Source: an uncultured Candidatus Saccharibacteria bacterium (GTDB taxonomy: Bacteria > Patescibacteriota > Saccharimonadia > Saccharimonadales > SZUA-47). Taken from it: DNA of 64,000 bases. Positions 55,461 through 64,000 of the stretch are shown here, piece after piece. The notes beneath the pieces were generated by a model that worked only from the letters and a program-made list of their open reading frames with translations, had not been told where the DNA came from and ran no database searches. Position numbers and translations under genes: made by a program. The stretch is from assembly GCA_964536485.1 (NCBI GenBank), contig CAZHXX010000002.1, positions 18,647 to 82,646 of the forward strand. The letters are read 5' to 3'. The stretch's first letter is position 1, and each line of letters opens with the position of its first letter.

Positions 55461-56584
55461 CGAATTGTATTCGCAACCGCTTCTACCACCCCTGGATCAA
55501 AAGGACTAGGGATAATCTTTTCAGCGTGAGGCTCTGTCACAAGGCCTGCTAATGCCTCTGCAGCGGCAATCTTGTGCGCGTCAGTGATTTTCTGTACGTT
55601 ATGATCAAGTGCCCCTCTAAAAATACCAGGGAATCCAAGAGCGTTATTCACCTGGTTAGGAAAGTCACTGCGCCCAGTAGCGATAACCGCAACTCCTGCT
55701 GAGATCGCTTCTTCAGGGAGAATCTCTGGTACTGGATTCGCAAGTGCGAACACAATTGGCTTGGGAGCCATAAGCTGTATCATCTCTGACGAGAGCAAGC
55801 CACCTTTGCTTAGACCGATAAAAATATCAGCATCTATCAGGGCATCTTCTAGTGTGCCTCGCTCTTGTTTGTCACTGTAGCTCATGAGCAAGACTTTTTC
55901 TTCAGTTAAATCTTTTCTACTAGGCTCAAGAATGCCTTTGCTATCGACAACTGTAATGGATGGACGTGCGTAAAGATACAAGAGTTTTGCTACTGCAACA
56001 CCAGCGGCGCCAGCCCCAACAAGAACAATTTTGCAGTCTGATAGTTTCTTGCCGGTTACTTTTGTGGCGTTAATCAGCCCGGCTAGTACGACGATAGCTG
56101 TCCCATGTTGGTCATCGTGCATGACAGGGATTGAAAGCTCGTTTTTTAGGCGCTCTTCTATCTCAAAACACTTCGGAGCGGCAATGTCTTCGAGGTTTAT
56201 TCCACCGAAACTTGGTGCAATTGCCTTTACTGCAGAAACAATTTCGTCGGCTGTGTGCACATTCAGCACGATAGGAACGGAGTCAATGTTGGCAAAATGC
56301 TTAAAGAGCATCGATTTTCCCTCCATAACAGGCATGGCGCCTTCAGGTCCGATGTCTCCGAGTCCAAGCACCGCAGAACCATCCGATATGACTGCTATGA
56401 GGTTGTTTGTCCACGACACCTCTTTGAGTTTTTCTGCGTCGTGTTGTGCGTAGAGAGAGGCAGCGCCCACGCCTGGAGAATAAAACAGCTTAAGTGTGTC
56501 TTTAGTGACCTCACCCCTTAGCGCTGTTGAAATTTTGCCCTTTAACTCTTTGTGAAGCTGAATTGCTTGTTCATTTATATCCAT
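55457..56584 (-). CDS. NAD(P)-dependent malic enzyme (short form)
   Basis: ATG 56584 (aagaggtg SD). YSPGVG, VISDGSAVLGLGDIGP, FGGINLEDI, VLVGAGAAG. Confidence 0.9.
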   Translation of the reverse strand: MDINEQAIQLHKELKGKISTALRGEVTKDTLKLFYSPGVGAASLYAQHDAEKLKEVSWTNNLIAVISDGSAVLGLGDIGPEGAMPVMEGKSMLFKHFANIDSVPIVLNVHTADEIVSAVKAIAPSFGGINLEDIAAPKCFEIEERLKNELSIPVMHDDQHGTAIVVLAGLINATKVTGKKLSDCKIVLVGAGAAGVAVAKLLYLYARPSITVVDSKGILEPSRKDLTEEKVLLMSYSDKQERGTLEDALIDADIFIGLSKGGLLSSEMIQLMAPKPIVFALANPVPEILPEEAISAGVAVIATGRSDFPNQVNNALGFPGIFRGALDHNVQKITDAHKIAAAEALAGLVTEPHAEKIIPSPFDPGVVEAVANTIR

Positions 56585-56696
56585 TGTTCGCACACCTCTT
56601 ATTATTGTTAGACGCTTATAGTAATGATACAGCACCTCCCCTGGTGATACTCAAACAAAAAGATATAGATTTATCCTTTTATTTTTTCATGTTAAC

Positions 56697-56705
56697 TGGT
56701 ATAAT
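56697..56705 (+). promoter_or_regulatory. extended -10 promoter TGgTATAAT upstream of rplS
   Basis: tggtataat read at 56697-56705, 35 nt before the ATG. Confidence 0.45.
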
Positions 56706-56740
56706 TACATGAAATAACGAAGTAATAAGAGACAGGTAGT

Positions 56741-57265
56741 ATGAATTCAGTTCTTCAAGACGTCGCAAATAGCTATAAGAAACGTATTGTCGTTGATGTA
56801 CGTAGTGGTGACACGGTCCGTGTTCACCAAAAAATTAAAGAAGGCAACAAAGAGCGTGTGCAGGTATTTGAGGGTATGGTTATTCGTACCAGCAAAAAGA
56901 ACAGTCACACCGCAACGATCACCGTTCGACGTATTGCTGGCGGTATTGGCGTTGAGAAAAGCTACTTGTTGCACAGCCCTCTTGTAACGAAGGTTGAAAT
57001 TACCAAGCGTGGAAAGGTACGAAGAAACTACCTAACCTATATGCGAGAACTTCGTGGCAAGTCAGCGCGACTTACAGGTAAAGACTTTGATAGAATCGCT
57101 GTTAATAATGTTCATGATGAAGAGGCAGAAAAAGCAGAGGCTGAGTTGAAGGCTCAAGCAGAAGCAGAACATGCTCGCTTGGATGCAGAAAAAGCAACAG
57201 AGCAAGCGGAACTGGAAGCTAAGCAAAAGGCTGTAGAAGAAGCTCATAAAGCAACCCAAGCCTAA
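56741..57265 (+). CDS. rplS: 50S ribosomal protein L19 with about 55-aa Glu/Ala/Lys-rich C-terminal extension
   Basis: 174 aa. GDTVRVHQKIKEGNKERVQVFEGMVI...ITVRRI..GIGVEKSYLLHSP core, then EEAEKAEAELKAQAEAEHARLDAEKATEQAELEAKQKAVEEAHKATQA. Confidence 0.9.
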   Translation: MNSVLQDVANSYKKRIVVDVRSGDTVRVHQKIKEGNKERVQVFEGMVIRTSKKNSHTATITVRRIAGGIGVEKSYLLHSPLVTKVEITKRGKVRRNYLTYMRELRGKSARLTGKDFDRIAVNNVHDEEAEKAEAELKAQAEAEHARLDAEKATEQAELEAKQKAVEEAHKATQA

Positions 57266-57287
57266 AAATTGTAACGACAAAATTGAA

Positions 57288-57313
57288 AGAGTCGGAAGTT
57301 TCCGACTCTTTTT
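57288..57313 (+). terminator. rho-independent terminator after rplS
   Basis: AGAGTCGGA-agtt-TCCGACTCT (9-bp stem) followed by TTTT. Confidence 0.85.
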
Positions 57314-57347
57314 AAATGTAGCTTAAAAGCTTATACTCATTTTACAG

Positions 57348-57914
57348 ATGATAGGTATTGATGAAGTTGGACGCGGTGCTTGGGCAGGCCCTCTTGTTGT
57401 TGCTGGATGCTATTTTACGTCAGACACCGCAGTGCTGGCTGGGCTCGATGATTCTAAGAGACTAACAAAAAAGCAACGCGAGGCCCTGGTAGATTCAATT
57501 AAAATGTCAACAATACATAAAGTTGTCGTTCTTGATGCAGAGATTGTTGACAGGCTTGGACTGACGCAGTGCATTAAAAATGCCGTACTGGAAATTATGG
57601 AGCTCATGCCGAAAGAAACTGAAATTATGCTTGACGGAAAGTATAACTTTCTTTCAGGAACCCCCTATGAGCCACGAACAAAAGTAGTTGTGGGAGCTGA
57701 TGGACTGTATCCGGCAGTGATGGCTGCCTCTGTTCTCGCAAAAGTCACGAGGGATAAGTTGATGGCTCTTCATGACAACGTACATCCAGGCTATGGCTTT
57801 GCGAAAAATGTTGGCTACGGCACCTTAGAGCACCGAAACGCTTTGAAGACTCGAGGCGTATGCTCGCTTCATCGACGTAGCGTTGCCCCCATAAAAAATC
57901 TGGAGTTCCAGTGA
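57348..57914 (+). CDS. rnhB: ribonuclease HII
   Basis: 188 aa. IGIDEVGRGAWAGPLVVAG, DDSKRLT. Confidence 0.9.
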   Translation: MIGIDEVGRGAWAGPLVVAGCYFTSDTAVLAGLDDSKRLTKKQREALVDSIKMSTIHKVVVLDAEIVDRLGLTQCIKNAVLEIMELMPKETEIMLDGKYNFLSGTPYEPRTKVVVGADGLYPAVMAASVLAKVTRDKLMALHDNVHPGYGFAKNVGYGTLEHRNALKTRGVCSLHRRSVAPIKNLEFQ

Positions 57915-58243
57915 GTACCACATCTGAAGGCAGGGGCGCAGAGCGTGAAGTTGCCGATACACTCGTAAGAAAAGGCCACACGATTCTTTCAATGAACTGG
58001 CGAACGAGATGGTGCGAGATTGACATTGTGAGTAAGAAAGGAGAAGTAGTCTATTTTACGGAAGTAAAATATCGTTCAAGTTCTGCTCAAGGAGGCGGTC
58101 TAGACTACATCACGTCAAAAAAGCTTTCGCAAATGAGATTTGCAGCAGAACTATGGATGACCCAACACAAATGGGAGGGCGAGGTCGAGCTACTCGCAGC
58201 TGAAGTTGCGAGTGATTACAATGTGACTATAGTCGAGCCTTAA
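57911..58243 (+). CDS. yraN: YraN-family (UPF0102) endonuclease-like protein
   Basis: 110 aa. GAEREVADTLVRKGHTIL..NWRTRWCEIDIV...FTEVKYR. GTGA overlap with the rnhB stop. Confidence 0.8.
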   Translation: MSTTSEGRGAEREVADTLVRKGHTILSMNWRTRWCEIDIVSKKGEVVYFTEVKYRSSSAQGGGLDYITSKKLSQMRFAAELWMTQHKWEGEVELLAAEVASDYNVTIVEP

Positions 58244-60803
58244 ACCAGGCGAGCGCTACTTCTGCGTCACGTTTGTGCCAGGCAATGTTGGTTTGGATTA
58301 TCTCGAAGCCTTGGTCGTAGGAGCGTTTTATGACCGGTTCCATTTTACTTTCAAAGAAGGTGGTGTACTCTTGCAAAAATTCGCTGTCGGTAAAATTACG
58401 CGCTACATACACAGGAACGCGAGCAAAACCTAGGTCTGTGCCAATGACTTCTTTAAGCCATGCCCAGTTTTCTTGTAGCCATTGCCAAGTTTGGCGACGT
58501 GAATGTCGGTTCATAAAGCTGTAGGCAATCCAGTAACTGAGGTCTTGCGTCCGGATAGTATCGCTAGAGAGAAGTGCCAGTACTTTGGCATGAAGTTCGG
58601 GTTGCTGAAAGCTTGTCATGGCGGCGGTAATTGAGAGCTTTTCGTCACTTGATTGTGTGGCGCTATAGGCTTCTAACAGTTCGTCATATTCTTTTTGTCC
58701 GCCAGTGCGGGCTACGGTTACATAGGCAATTGCACGTAAGTCTGGATCTATGGCCTCACCGTTCTGGATTTTTTTTCTGTACATTTGATGTAGCTTTTCT
58801 AGTGTTGCCGGTTCGTCAGCACTTGCGCTGAGCGAGATGATAAGTGGACGAAGTAAGCTGTCGAGATGTTTTTCGTCTGGGTGCTTTTCCCATCCCAGTC
58901 TATGAAGCTCTTGAGCGGATAGTTTGGCGACAAATGGTTTCATGGCGTCTCTTAGGCTGTCGTCACTGTCGCTTGGCGCGAGGGTGTGACGTATGGCGCT
59001 AAGACTAGCGCTAATAATTTCCCAAGCGGGTAATTCGGTTTCGTTACGATAGTTTTCGAGCAGTGCTAGGTAATCGGTTACTGACTGGTATCCAGCCTTT
59101 GTCACTTCGAACCCATCAGACAAGAGCCCCATACGATCAATGTTGCTCATAGTGCCACGTTGCAGTGCGTCGGCTTGGTGTTTTTGCATCGAAGGTGAGT
59201 AATCGGTGCGGTAAAAGCCAGTAAGCCCCTGGTTGAGTACGAGTGGGGCATTTTTTGCCACAAGTGGAATAACCGTCTTCCTCTTTTTTACGAGAGCGTC
59301 AGGAAGTTCTTTTGCAAGCAAAGGAATCGGCCATAGAGTGGTGTCATTGCGCGCAGTACTTTCTGGGTTGAGAACAAAGCGTTTTTGCTCGCATATAACT
59401 GCATTATTTTCTAGCTCTACTGACAAGAGAGGATAGCCACTCTTGCTTGTCCAGGTTTGCATAAATGTGGTGACTGGCTTGCCGCTGACGTCTTCAAGTG
59501 CTTGCCATAAGTCACGCGTTTCGGCGTTTTTGTAGGCAAACTTTTTAAGATAATGTTGCAGTCCAGCCTGGAAATCTTTGGCTCCAAGATAATCATTGAG
59601 CATGTGTATGACGCTGGCGCCTTTTTGGTAGCTAATAATATCAAATATAGTTCTAATTTCGTCAGGATGATGGACGGGTACCTCGATTGGGTGGGTAAAC
59701 TCTAGCGCATCTGCTTTTAGGGCTGACTGTTGTTCGTCGACACTAAACTGCGTCCACAAATCCCATTCCGGGAAAAGGGTATCAACAGCAAGGTATTCCA
59801 TCCATGAAGCAAAGCCTTCGTTAAGCCAAAGATCTGTCCACCAGCGCATTGTCACGAGATTGCCAAACCATTGATGCGTGAGCTCGTGCGCTACAACGAT
59901 TGCGACGTACTGCTTTGTCCCGAGACTTGTGTGCTCGTCACATAACATAGTCTGTTCTCTAAAGGTAATGAGTCCCCAGTTCTCCATGGCACCACTTGCA
60001 AAATCGGGAAGAGCTACGAAGTCGCATTTAGGAAGAGGGAACGGAATATCGTAGTAATCTTCGTAAAAATCCATGGCTTTAACGGCAACTTCTAGGGCGA
60101 ATTCTGAGTTCTCTATCTGGTCAGGAACCGTGTAGGTGCGGATGGTGACGCCACGTTTACTTTTCGCCTCTTTGTAAGACAACTCACCGACGACAAAGGC
60201 TACGAGGTATGTGCTCATTATGGGTGTAATAGCAAATTCGGTTACTTTTCTATCGCCATTAATGTGCTCATTTTCAACCGGGGTGTTGCCAAGCGCAGTC
60301 TCGTGCGAGGCATGGTCAAGACTTAGTTTAAAGGTCGCTTTTGCCTCAGGTTCGTCTATACATGGAAACGCTTCGCGGGCATGATGACTTTCGAACTGCG
60401 TGGCGATAAGCTCTTTCTGTACGCCGTCCATTTCAAAAAAACATGGATAAATGCCGTCCATATTCTTGGTAATACGGCCATGAAACTCAAGCGTAACCGT
60501 GTAGTCTCCTGGATATAACGTCTCTTCTGAATGTAGCCGTACTTCATCATAGGATGCGTGGAGTACCGTTCTGGAAAGCGGAATTACTTTTGCGGGTGTC
60601 TTTTTTAAGAGAGATACGACTTCTGCCTTGGTTATGGTGAGTCCTTTTTGGTGGAAAGTGAGCCTTTTACTTGGACGGCCTGTTTTTTTGCCACTGATTA
60701 TGACTTTTCCATTAAAACTTCGCTTGTCGTCATGGAGGCTTAGGCTGACGTCATAATGAGATGGTTGGAAGGAACTAAAGAGTCGTTTTACGTTTTTTGC
60801 CAT
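58227..60803 (-). CDS. pepN: M1-family aminopeptidase N
   Basis: ATG 60803. GAMENWG, HELTHQWFGN...WLNEGFA zinc site. 3' end overlaps convergent yraN by 17 nt. Confidence 0.9.
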   Translation of the reverse strand: MAKNVKRLFSSFQPSHYDVSLSLHDDKRSFNGKVIISGKKTGRPSKRLTFHQKGLTITKAEVVSLLKKTPAKVIPLSRTVLHASYDEVRLHSEETLYPGDYTVTLEFHGRITKNMDGIYPCFFEMDGVQKELIATQFESHHAREAFPCIDEPEAKATFKLSLDHASHETALGNTPVENEHINGDRKVTEFAITPIMSTYLVAFVVGELSYKEAKSKRGVTIRTYTVPDQIENSEFALEVAVKAMDFYEDYYDIPFPLPKCDFVALPDFASGAMENWGLITFREQTMLCDEHTSLGTKQYVAIVVAHELTHQWFGNLVTMRWWTDLWLNEGFASWMEYLAVDTLFPEWDLWTQFSVDEQQSALKADALEFTHPIEVPVHHPDEIRTIFDIISYQKGASVIHMLNDYLGAKDFQAGLQHYLKKFAYKNAETRDLWQALEDVSGKPVTTFMQTWTSKSGYPLLSVELENNAVICEQKRFVLNPESTARNDTTLWPIPLLAKELPDALVKKRKTVIPLVAKNAPLVLNQGLTGFYRTDYSPSMQKHQADALQRGTMSNIDRMGLLSDGFEVTKAGYQSVTDYLALLENYRNETELPAWEIISASLSAIRHTLAPSDSDDSLRDAMKPFVAKLSAQELHRLGWEKHPDEKHLDSLLRPLIISLSASADEPATLEKLHQMYRKKIQNGEAIDPDLRAIAYVTVARTGGQKEYDELLEAYSATQSSDEKLSITAAMTSFQQPELHAKVLALLSSDTIRTQDLSYWIAYSFMNRHSRRQTWQWLQENWAWLKEVIGTDLGFARVPVYVARNFTDSEFLQEYTTFFESKMEPVIKRSYDQGFEIIQTNIAWHKRDAEVALAWFKARL

Positions 60804-60827
60804 ATGTACTCTAGTGTAGCAGAGCGC

Positions 60828-60856
60828 TTGTTGATTCGTCGCCAATTTGCTATACT
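60828..60856 (+). promoter_or_regulatory. candidate promoter TTGTTG-17-TATACT for the nusA leader
   Basis: Hexamers at 60828-33 and 60851-56. Confidence 0.4.
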
Positions 60857-60866
60857 ACATTTGTTG

Positions 60867-60892
60867 TCCGGCCACCTGAGGTCGGATTTTTT
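60867..60892 (+). terminator. intrinsic-terminator-like hairpin + U6 inside the nusA 5' leader (candidate attenuator)
   Basis: UCCGGCC-accuga-GGUCGGA (7 bp, one G-U) followed by UUUUUU. No + strand gene ends upstream of it (pepN is on the other strand). Confidence 0.55.
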
Positions 60893-60975
60893 AATAAAAG
60901 ATAAGATGTATAGAGAGGACATTCTTCTCAACTTGAAGGGTAGTGAGCCCAAACGCAGAGAGGAGTGAAAGAACA

Positions 60976-62142
60976 ATGGAATTTGATGTAAAATTACTCG
61001 CCCAGGCAATGAAACTTATTGCCGAAGAGAAGAATCTAGACGAAACACTCGTGCAAGAAATTGTTGAAGGTGCCTTAGCGGCAGCTTATAAGAGAGATTA
61101 CGGCGACAGAGAGCAAGAAGTGCGTGTTGCGGTTAACCTTTCAACTGGTGCTGTCGATGTGTATGTCCAAAAAGAAGTCGTACAAGTAGTAGGTGATCCG
61201 AACTTTGAAATTAGCCTTGACGATGCAAAGAAGGCAAAGAAAGACAGCGTCCTTGGTGACATGATCGAGCAGTACGTTGAAGTGAAAACTTTTGGTCGCG
61301 TAGCCGCGCAGACAGCAAAGCAGGTTATTATGCAACGATTGCGTGAATCTGAGCGTGAAGTTGTCATGGCGGAGTACGAGGATAAGGTTGGCCAGCTTGT
61401 TAATGGTATTGTGACGCGCGTTGAAAACCGTCTCGTACGAGTTGAAGTTGGAAAGGCCCAAGCTATTATGCCAGCGAGCGAACAAAGTTCAGCTGAGCGG
61501 TACTTCCCAGGCCAACGACTCAAGTTGTTCTTGAAAGAGATTGAAAAAAGCTTCCGCGGACCGCAACTAATTGTCAGTCGCGGGTCAGCTGAACTGGTAA
61601 GGCAACTTTTCTTTGCTGAAGTTCCAGAGATGGAAGGTGGCGCGGTCGAGATGCGAGCGATTGCCCGCGAGGCGGGTGTGCGAACTAAGCTGGCTGTTAG
61701 CTCGACTGTACAGGGTGTTGATCCAGTGGGTACCTTTGTTGGCGGACATGGAACACGCGTGAATGCCGTGGTGAACGAAATCGGCGACCAAGAAAAGATT
61801 GACATTGTGGTATGGGACGAAAATCCAGAAGTATTTATCGCCAGCGCACTAGCACCTACAAAGGTAACAAAAGTAACTATCGACCCAGAGACAAAAAGAG
61901 CGAAGGTAGTTGTACCTGAAGACCAGTTGAGCGTGGCTATTGGTAAGGGTGGGCAGAATGTCCGTCTTGCGAGCAAGCTAACTGGCTATGAGATTGATAT
62001 CAATGCAGACCAAACTTCGGCTCCAGAAGTAGAAGTTGCATCAGCTCCCCTTACTGTTGATAAGGTGCAAAAACACAAACTCAAGAGAAAATCAGATCTT
62101 GAGAATAGTCTCTTGAGCGCTATCGACGAACACGCTGAATAA
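60976..62142 (+). CDS. nusA: transcription termination/antitermination factor NusA
   Basis: ATG 60976 (agaggag SD). N-terminal domain, S1 (GQLVNGIVTRVE), two KH domains (GHGTRVNAVVNEI; IGKGGQNVRLASKLTG). Confidence 0.9.
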   Translation: MEFDVKLLAQAMKLIAEEKNLDETLVQEIVEGALAAAYKRDYGDREQEVRVAVNLSTGAVDVYVQKEVVQVVGDPNFEISLDDAKKAKKDSVLGDMIEQYVEVKTFGRVAAQTAKQVIMQRLRESEREVVMAEYEDKVGQLVNGIVTRVENRLVRVEVGKAQAIMPASEQSSAERYFPGQRLKLFLKEIEKSFRGPQLIVSRGSAELVRQLFFAEVPEMEGGAVEMRAIAREAGVRTKLAVSSTVQGVDPVGTFVGGHGTRVNAVVNEIGDQEKIDIVVWDENPEVFIASALAPTKVTKVTIDPETKRAKVVVPEDQLSVAIGKGGQNVRLASKLTGYEIDINADQTSAPEVEVASAPLTVDKVQKHKLKRKSDLENSLLSAIDEHAE

Positions 62143-62181
62143 AACCTCGGATATAGATTCAAGCGGTAATGGCAAAGATAA

Positions 62182-62208
62182 TTAGCACTCAGTATTGACG
62201 AGTGCTAA
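62182..62208. promoter_or_regulatory. CIRCE element (HrcA operator), perfect consensus
   Basis: TTAGCACTC-agtattgac-GAGTGCTAA read directly, identical to the canonical TTAGCACTC-N9-GAGTGCTAA. Confidence 0.8.
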
Positions 62209-62224
62209 TTTTGCTGTGTATAAT
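62195..62224 (+). promoter_or_regulatory. sigma70-type promoter TTGACG-18-TATAAT of clpC, overlapped by CIRCE
   Basis: -35 at 62195-200, -10 at 62219-24, clpC ATG 7 nt downstream, no SD. Confidence 0.6.
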
Positions 62225-62231
62225 CGTAGCT

Positions 62232-64000
62232 ATGGATCAAAACGCTGACGATTTTCAAGATTTTCTTCACCACTTAAGTGACAACGCATTACAGAGTTTG
62301 CGTCATGCAGACGGTATTGCGAGGGCTACGGGGAGCGCTTATGTTGGTACTGAGCATCTTCTTCTAGGAGTACTCGCGCAAGAAAATTCACTAGGGGCGA
62401 AAATTTTACGGCAAAATGGGGTGTCAATAGAAAAAGCAAAGCTCGCAATGAACCTTTCTGCTAATGGTGCAAACTTGATGACAAACATGGGTGCAAAGGG
62501 GTTGAGCGAAGCGGCAAAACTGACACTGAAAATGAGCTGGGAGGTTGCGCAAGAGTATGCTCAAGAAACATGTGGAACTGAACATATAGTTTATAGTATT
62601 TTATCTCAGAAAAATGCAAGTGCGACGGTACTACTCAGGAATATGAATGTGCCGGTTGATAGTGTACTGTCAGAACTAGAGCTATTGCTTAACAAGCAAA
62701 GCTATGATCAGACAGATGAAATCGGTACTACTCGACGCAAAAAGGGAAAAAAGACGCTCCTTGAACAGTACAGTACCGACCTCACTGCGCAAGCACGTGA
62801 AGGAAAGCTTGACCCTGTTATTGGGCGAGATATGCAGATACGACGACTCGTTACTATCCTAAATAGACGAACGAAGAACAACCCTGTGCTCATAGGTGAG
62901 CCCGGCGTAGGTAAAACAGCAATCGTTGAAGGAGTAGCGCAACGAATAGTCAATGATGATGTGCCTGATGCACTGGTTGACAAGAGGATCGTGATACTTG
63001 ATTTGGCAGCAATGATCGCTGGTACGAAATACCGCGGAGAGTTTGAAGACAGACTTAAAAAGGTAATGCGAGAGCTAGAAGCCGATAGAAGCACTATAGT
63101 GTTTATCGACGAAATACACCAGCTGGTTGGGGCTGGCTCTGCTGAAGGGTCTATGGATGCAGGCAATATCCTAAAGCCGAGTTTAGCGCGTGGAAAGATT
63201 CAGATGATAGGTGCAACAACTACTGCTGAATATACGAAGCACATTGAAAAGGATGCGGCACTTGAGCGCCGGTTGCAGCCTGTTACAGTCCCAGAAACTA
63301 CCGAACAAGAAACTCTCGCAATTTTGCGCGGACTTAAGAAGCATTATGAAGATTTTCATGCGGTGACAATAGACGACGAAGTACTTGTTGATACTGTTGC
63401 GCTGGCTGCTCGATATATTCAAGATAGATTTATGCCAGATAAAGCGATAGATTTACTTGACGAAGCAGCGGCTCATTTGCGCGTAGAAAAAGGCAAAACG
63501 CCACCAAAACTTCGTGAACTGACTAAAGAACTGAAACTAGTGCAACTCCGGATAGACGATGCTGTTGATGCAGAGGACTATGAGAGAGCTGCCAAAGAAA
63601 AACAGCGGGCGAGTCAGTTGCAAGCAGACATTGTAGAGCTTGAAAAAACCAGCCAAAGTGCACGCAGGATAAAGCTTTCAAGTGATGATGTTGCTGATGT
63701 TGTCTCTCGGATGACCGGTGTGCCAGTGAGCAAAGTTATCCGCTCAGAGGTATCATATCTTATGAACCTGGAGAAAAAACTCTCGAAGCATATTATTGGC
63801 CAGCAAGAAGCGGTGTCTGCGGTGTCTCGTGCTTTGCGTCGTAGCAGGAGTGGCGTAGCTAGTAGCAAGCGTCCAATTGGATCGTTCATTTTTATGGGTC
63901 CTACTGGTGTTGGAAAAACTGAGCTAGCCCGTAAACTTGCGAGCGAGTTTTTTGGCAACAAAGATGCCCTCATAAAGATTGATATGAGTGAGTTCTCGGA
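62232..64000 (+). CDS. clpC: ATP-dependent Clp protease ATP-binding subunit ClpC (5' 589 codons; continues beyond window end)
   Basis: Not in ORF track (no stop in window). Own translation: MDQNADDFQDFLHHLSDNALQSLRHADGIARATGSAYVGTEHLLLGVLAQ (Clp_N), GEPGVGKTAIVEG, UVR-like DAEDYERAAKEKQRASQL linker, second Walker A GPTGVGKTELA. Confidence 0.9.
   Translation, partial: MDQNADDFQDFLHHLSDNALQSLRHADGIARATGSAYVGTEHLLLGVLAQENSLGAKILRQNGVSIEKAKLAMNLSANGANLMTNMGAKGLSEAAKLTLKMSWEVAQEYAQETCGTEHIVYSILSQKNASATVLLRNMNVPVDSVLSELELLLNKQSYDQTDEIGTTRRKKGKKTLLEQYSTDLTAQAREGKLDPVIGRDMQIRRLVTILNRRTKNNPVLIGEPGVGKTAIVEGVAQRIVNDDVPDALVDKRIVILDLAAMIAGTKYRGEFEDRLKKVMRELEADRSTIVFIDEIHQLVGAGSAEGSMDAGNILKPSLARGKIQMIGATTTAEYTKHIEKDAALERRLQPVTVPETTEQETLAILRGLKKHYEDFHAVTIDDEVLVDTVALAARYIQDRFMPDKAIDLLDEAAAHLRVEKGKTPPKLRELTKELKLVQLRIDDAVDAEDYERAAKEKQRASQLQADIVELEKTSQSARRIKLSSDDVADVVSRMTGVPVSKVIRSEVSYLMNLEKKLSKHIIGQQEAVSAVSRALRRSRSGVASSKRPIGSFIFMGPTGVGKTELARKLASEFFGNKDALIKIDMSEFS

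Noticed and set aside
60907-60968. 20-codon uORF (MYREDILLNLKGSEPKRREE) in the nusA leader, ending 8 nt before the nusA ATG.
   Set aside because: No SD or -10 context for its ATG, and it is the tail of a longer spurious ORF (60756-60968). It cannot be distinguished from chance.
61098-61976. 292-aa minus-strand ORF. Similar long antisense ORFs occur at 43510-44169, 31539-32231, 52852-53322, 12710-13102 and 36649-37068.
   Set aside because: Each lies entirely antisense to a strongly conserved gene (nusA, gatA, transketolase, CAP protein, pheT, LOG-like). Their translations are Ser/Thr/Pro/Cys-rich and low-complexity with no motifs. This is the typical shadow-ORF pattern.
1-64000. Looked for rRNA, tRNA, tmRNA, RNase P RNA, CRISPR repeats, IS elements, integrases, toxin-antitoxin pairs and phage genes.
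   Set aside because: No gap exceeds 229 nt. None shows cloverleaf-like or repeat-spacer structure by eye, and no ORF has transposase, integrase or recombinase motifs. Absence is provisional, because only manual inspection was possible.

Overview
Gene-dense 64-kb chromosomal segment, about 93% coding, with about 61 protein genes, mostly on the + strand and often joined by overlapping stop/start codons. I recognised no rRNA, tRNA, CRISPR array, transposase, integrase or prophage gene, but I could only check intergenic gaps by eye. The content is housekeeping plus envelope functions. Housekeeping: pheS/pheT, metK, gatCAB, dnaE, uvrB, nusA, clpC, rplS, rnhB, pepN, ppa, trxB. Sugar-phosphate cluster: gap, rpiB, rpe-like, split transketolase, fba, PfkB kinase. 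Transport and envelope: two MsbA-like ABC exporters, an RND and an MFS transporter, two DUF2207-type membrane proteins, an orphan PilB-like ATPase and a 1211-aa LAXTG-anchored surface protein. The gene set and compaction suggest a reduced-genome, Gram-positive-type bacterium, possibly Patescibacteria/CPR (Saccharibacteria-like). That placement is inference only. All family calls come from motifs I recognise in the translations; no database search was possible. I found no classical defence or mobile system. The best candidates for undescribed biology are: (1) a perfect CIRCE/HrcA operator on the promoter of clpC; (2) a SAM-I-clan-like aptamer plus SD-sequestering helix in the metK leader; (3) an intrinsic-terminator hairpin inside the nusA leader; (4) a recurring promoter geometry with the -10 box 6-9 nt from the ATG, implying leaderless mRNAs; (5) a translationally coupled pheS / membrane ORF / variant HIT / membrane ORF / pheT unit, and gatA / membrane ORF / gatB; (6) an isolated pyrC-like / pyrD-like / unknown operon; (7) an unknown 403-aa protein paired with a LOG/TIGR00725-like protein; (8) the multidomain LAXTG surface protein.
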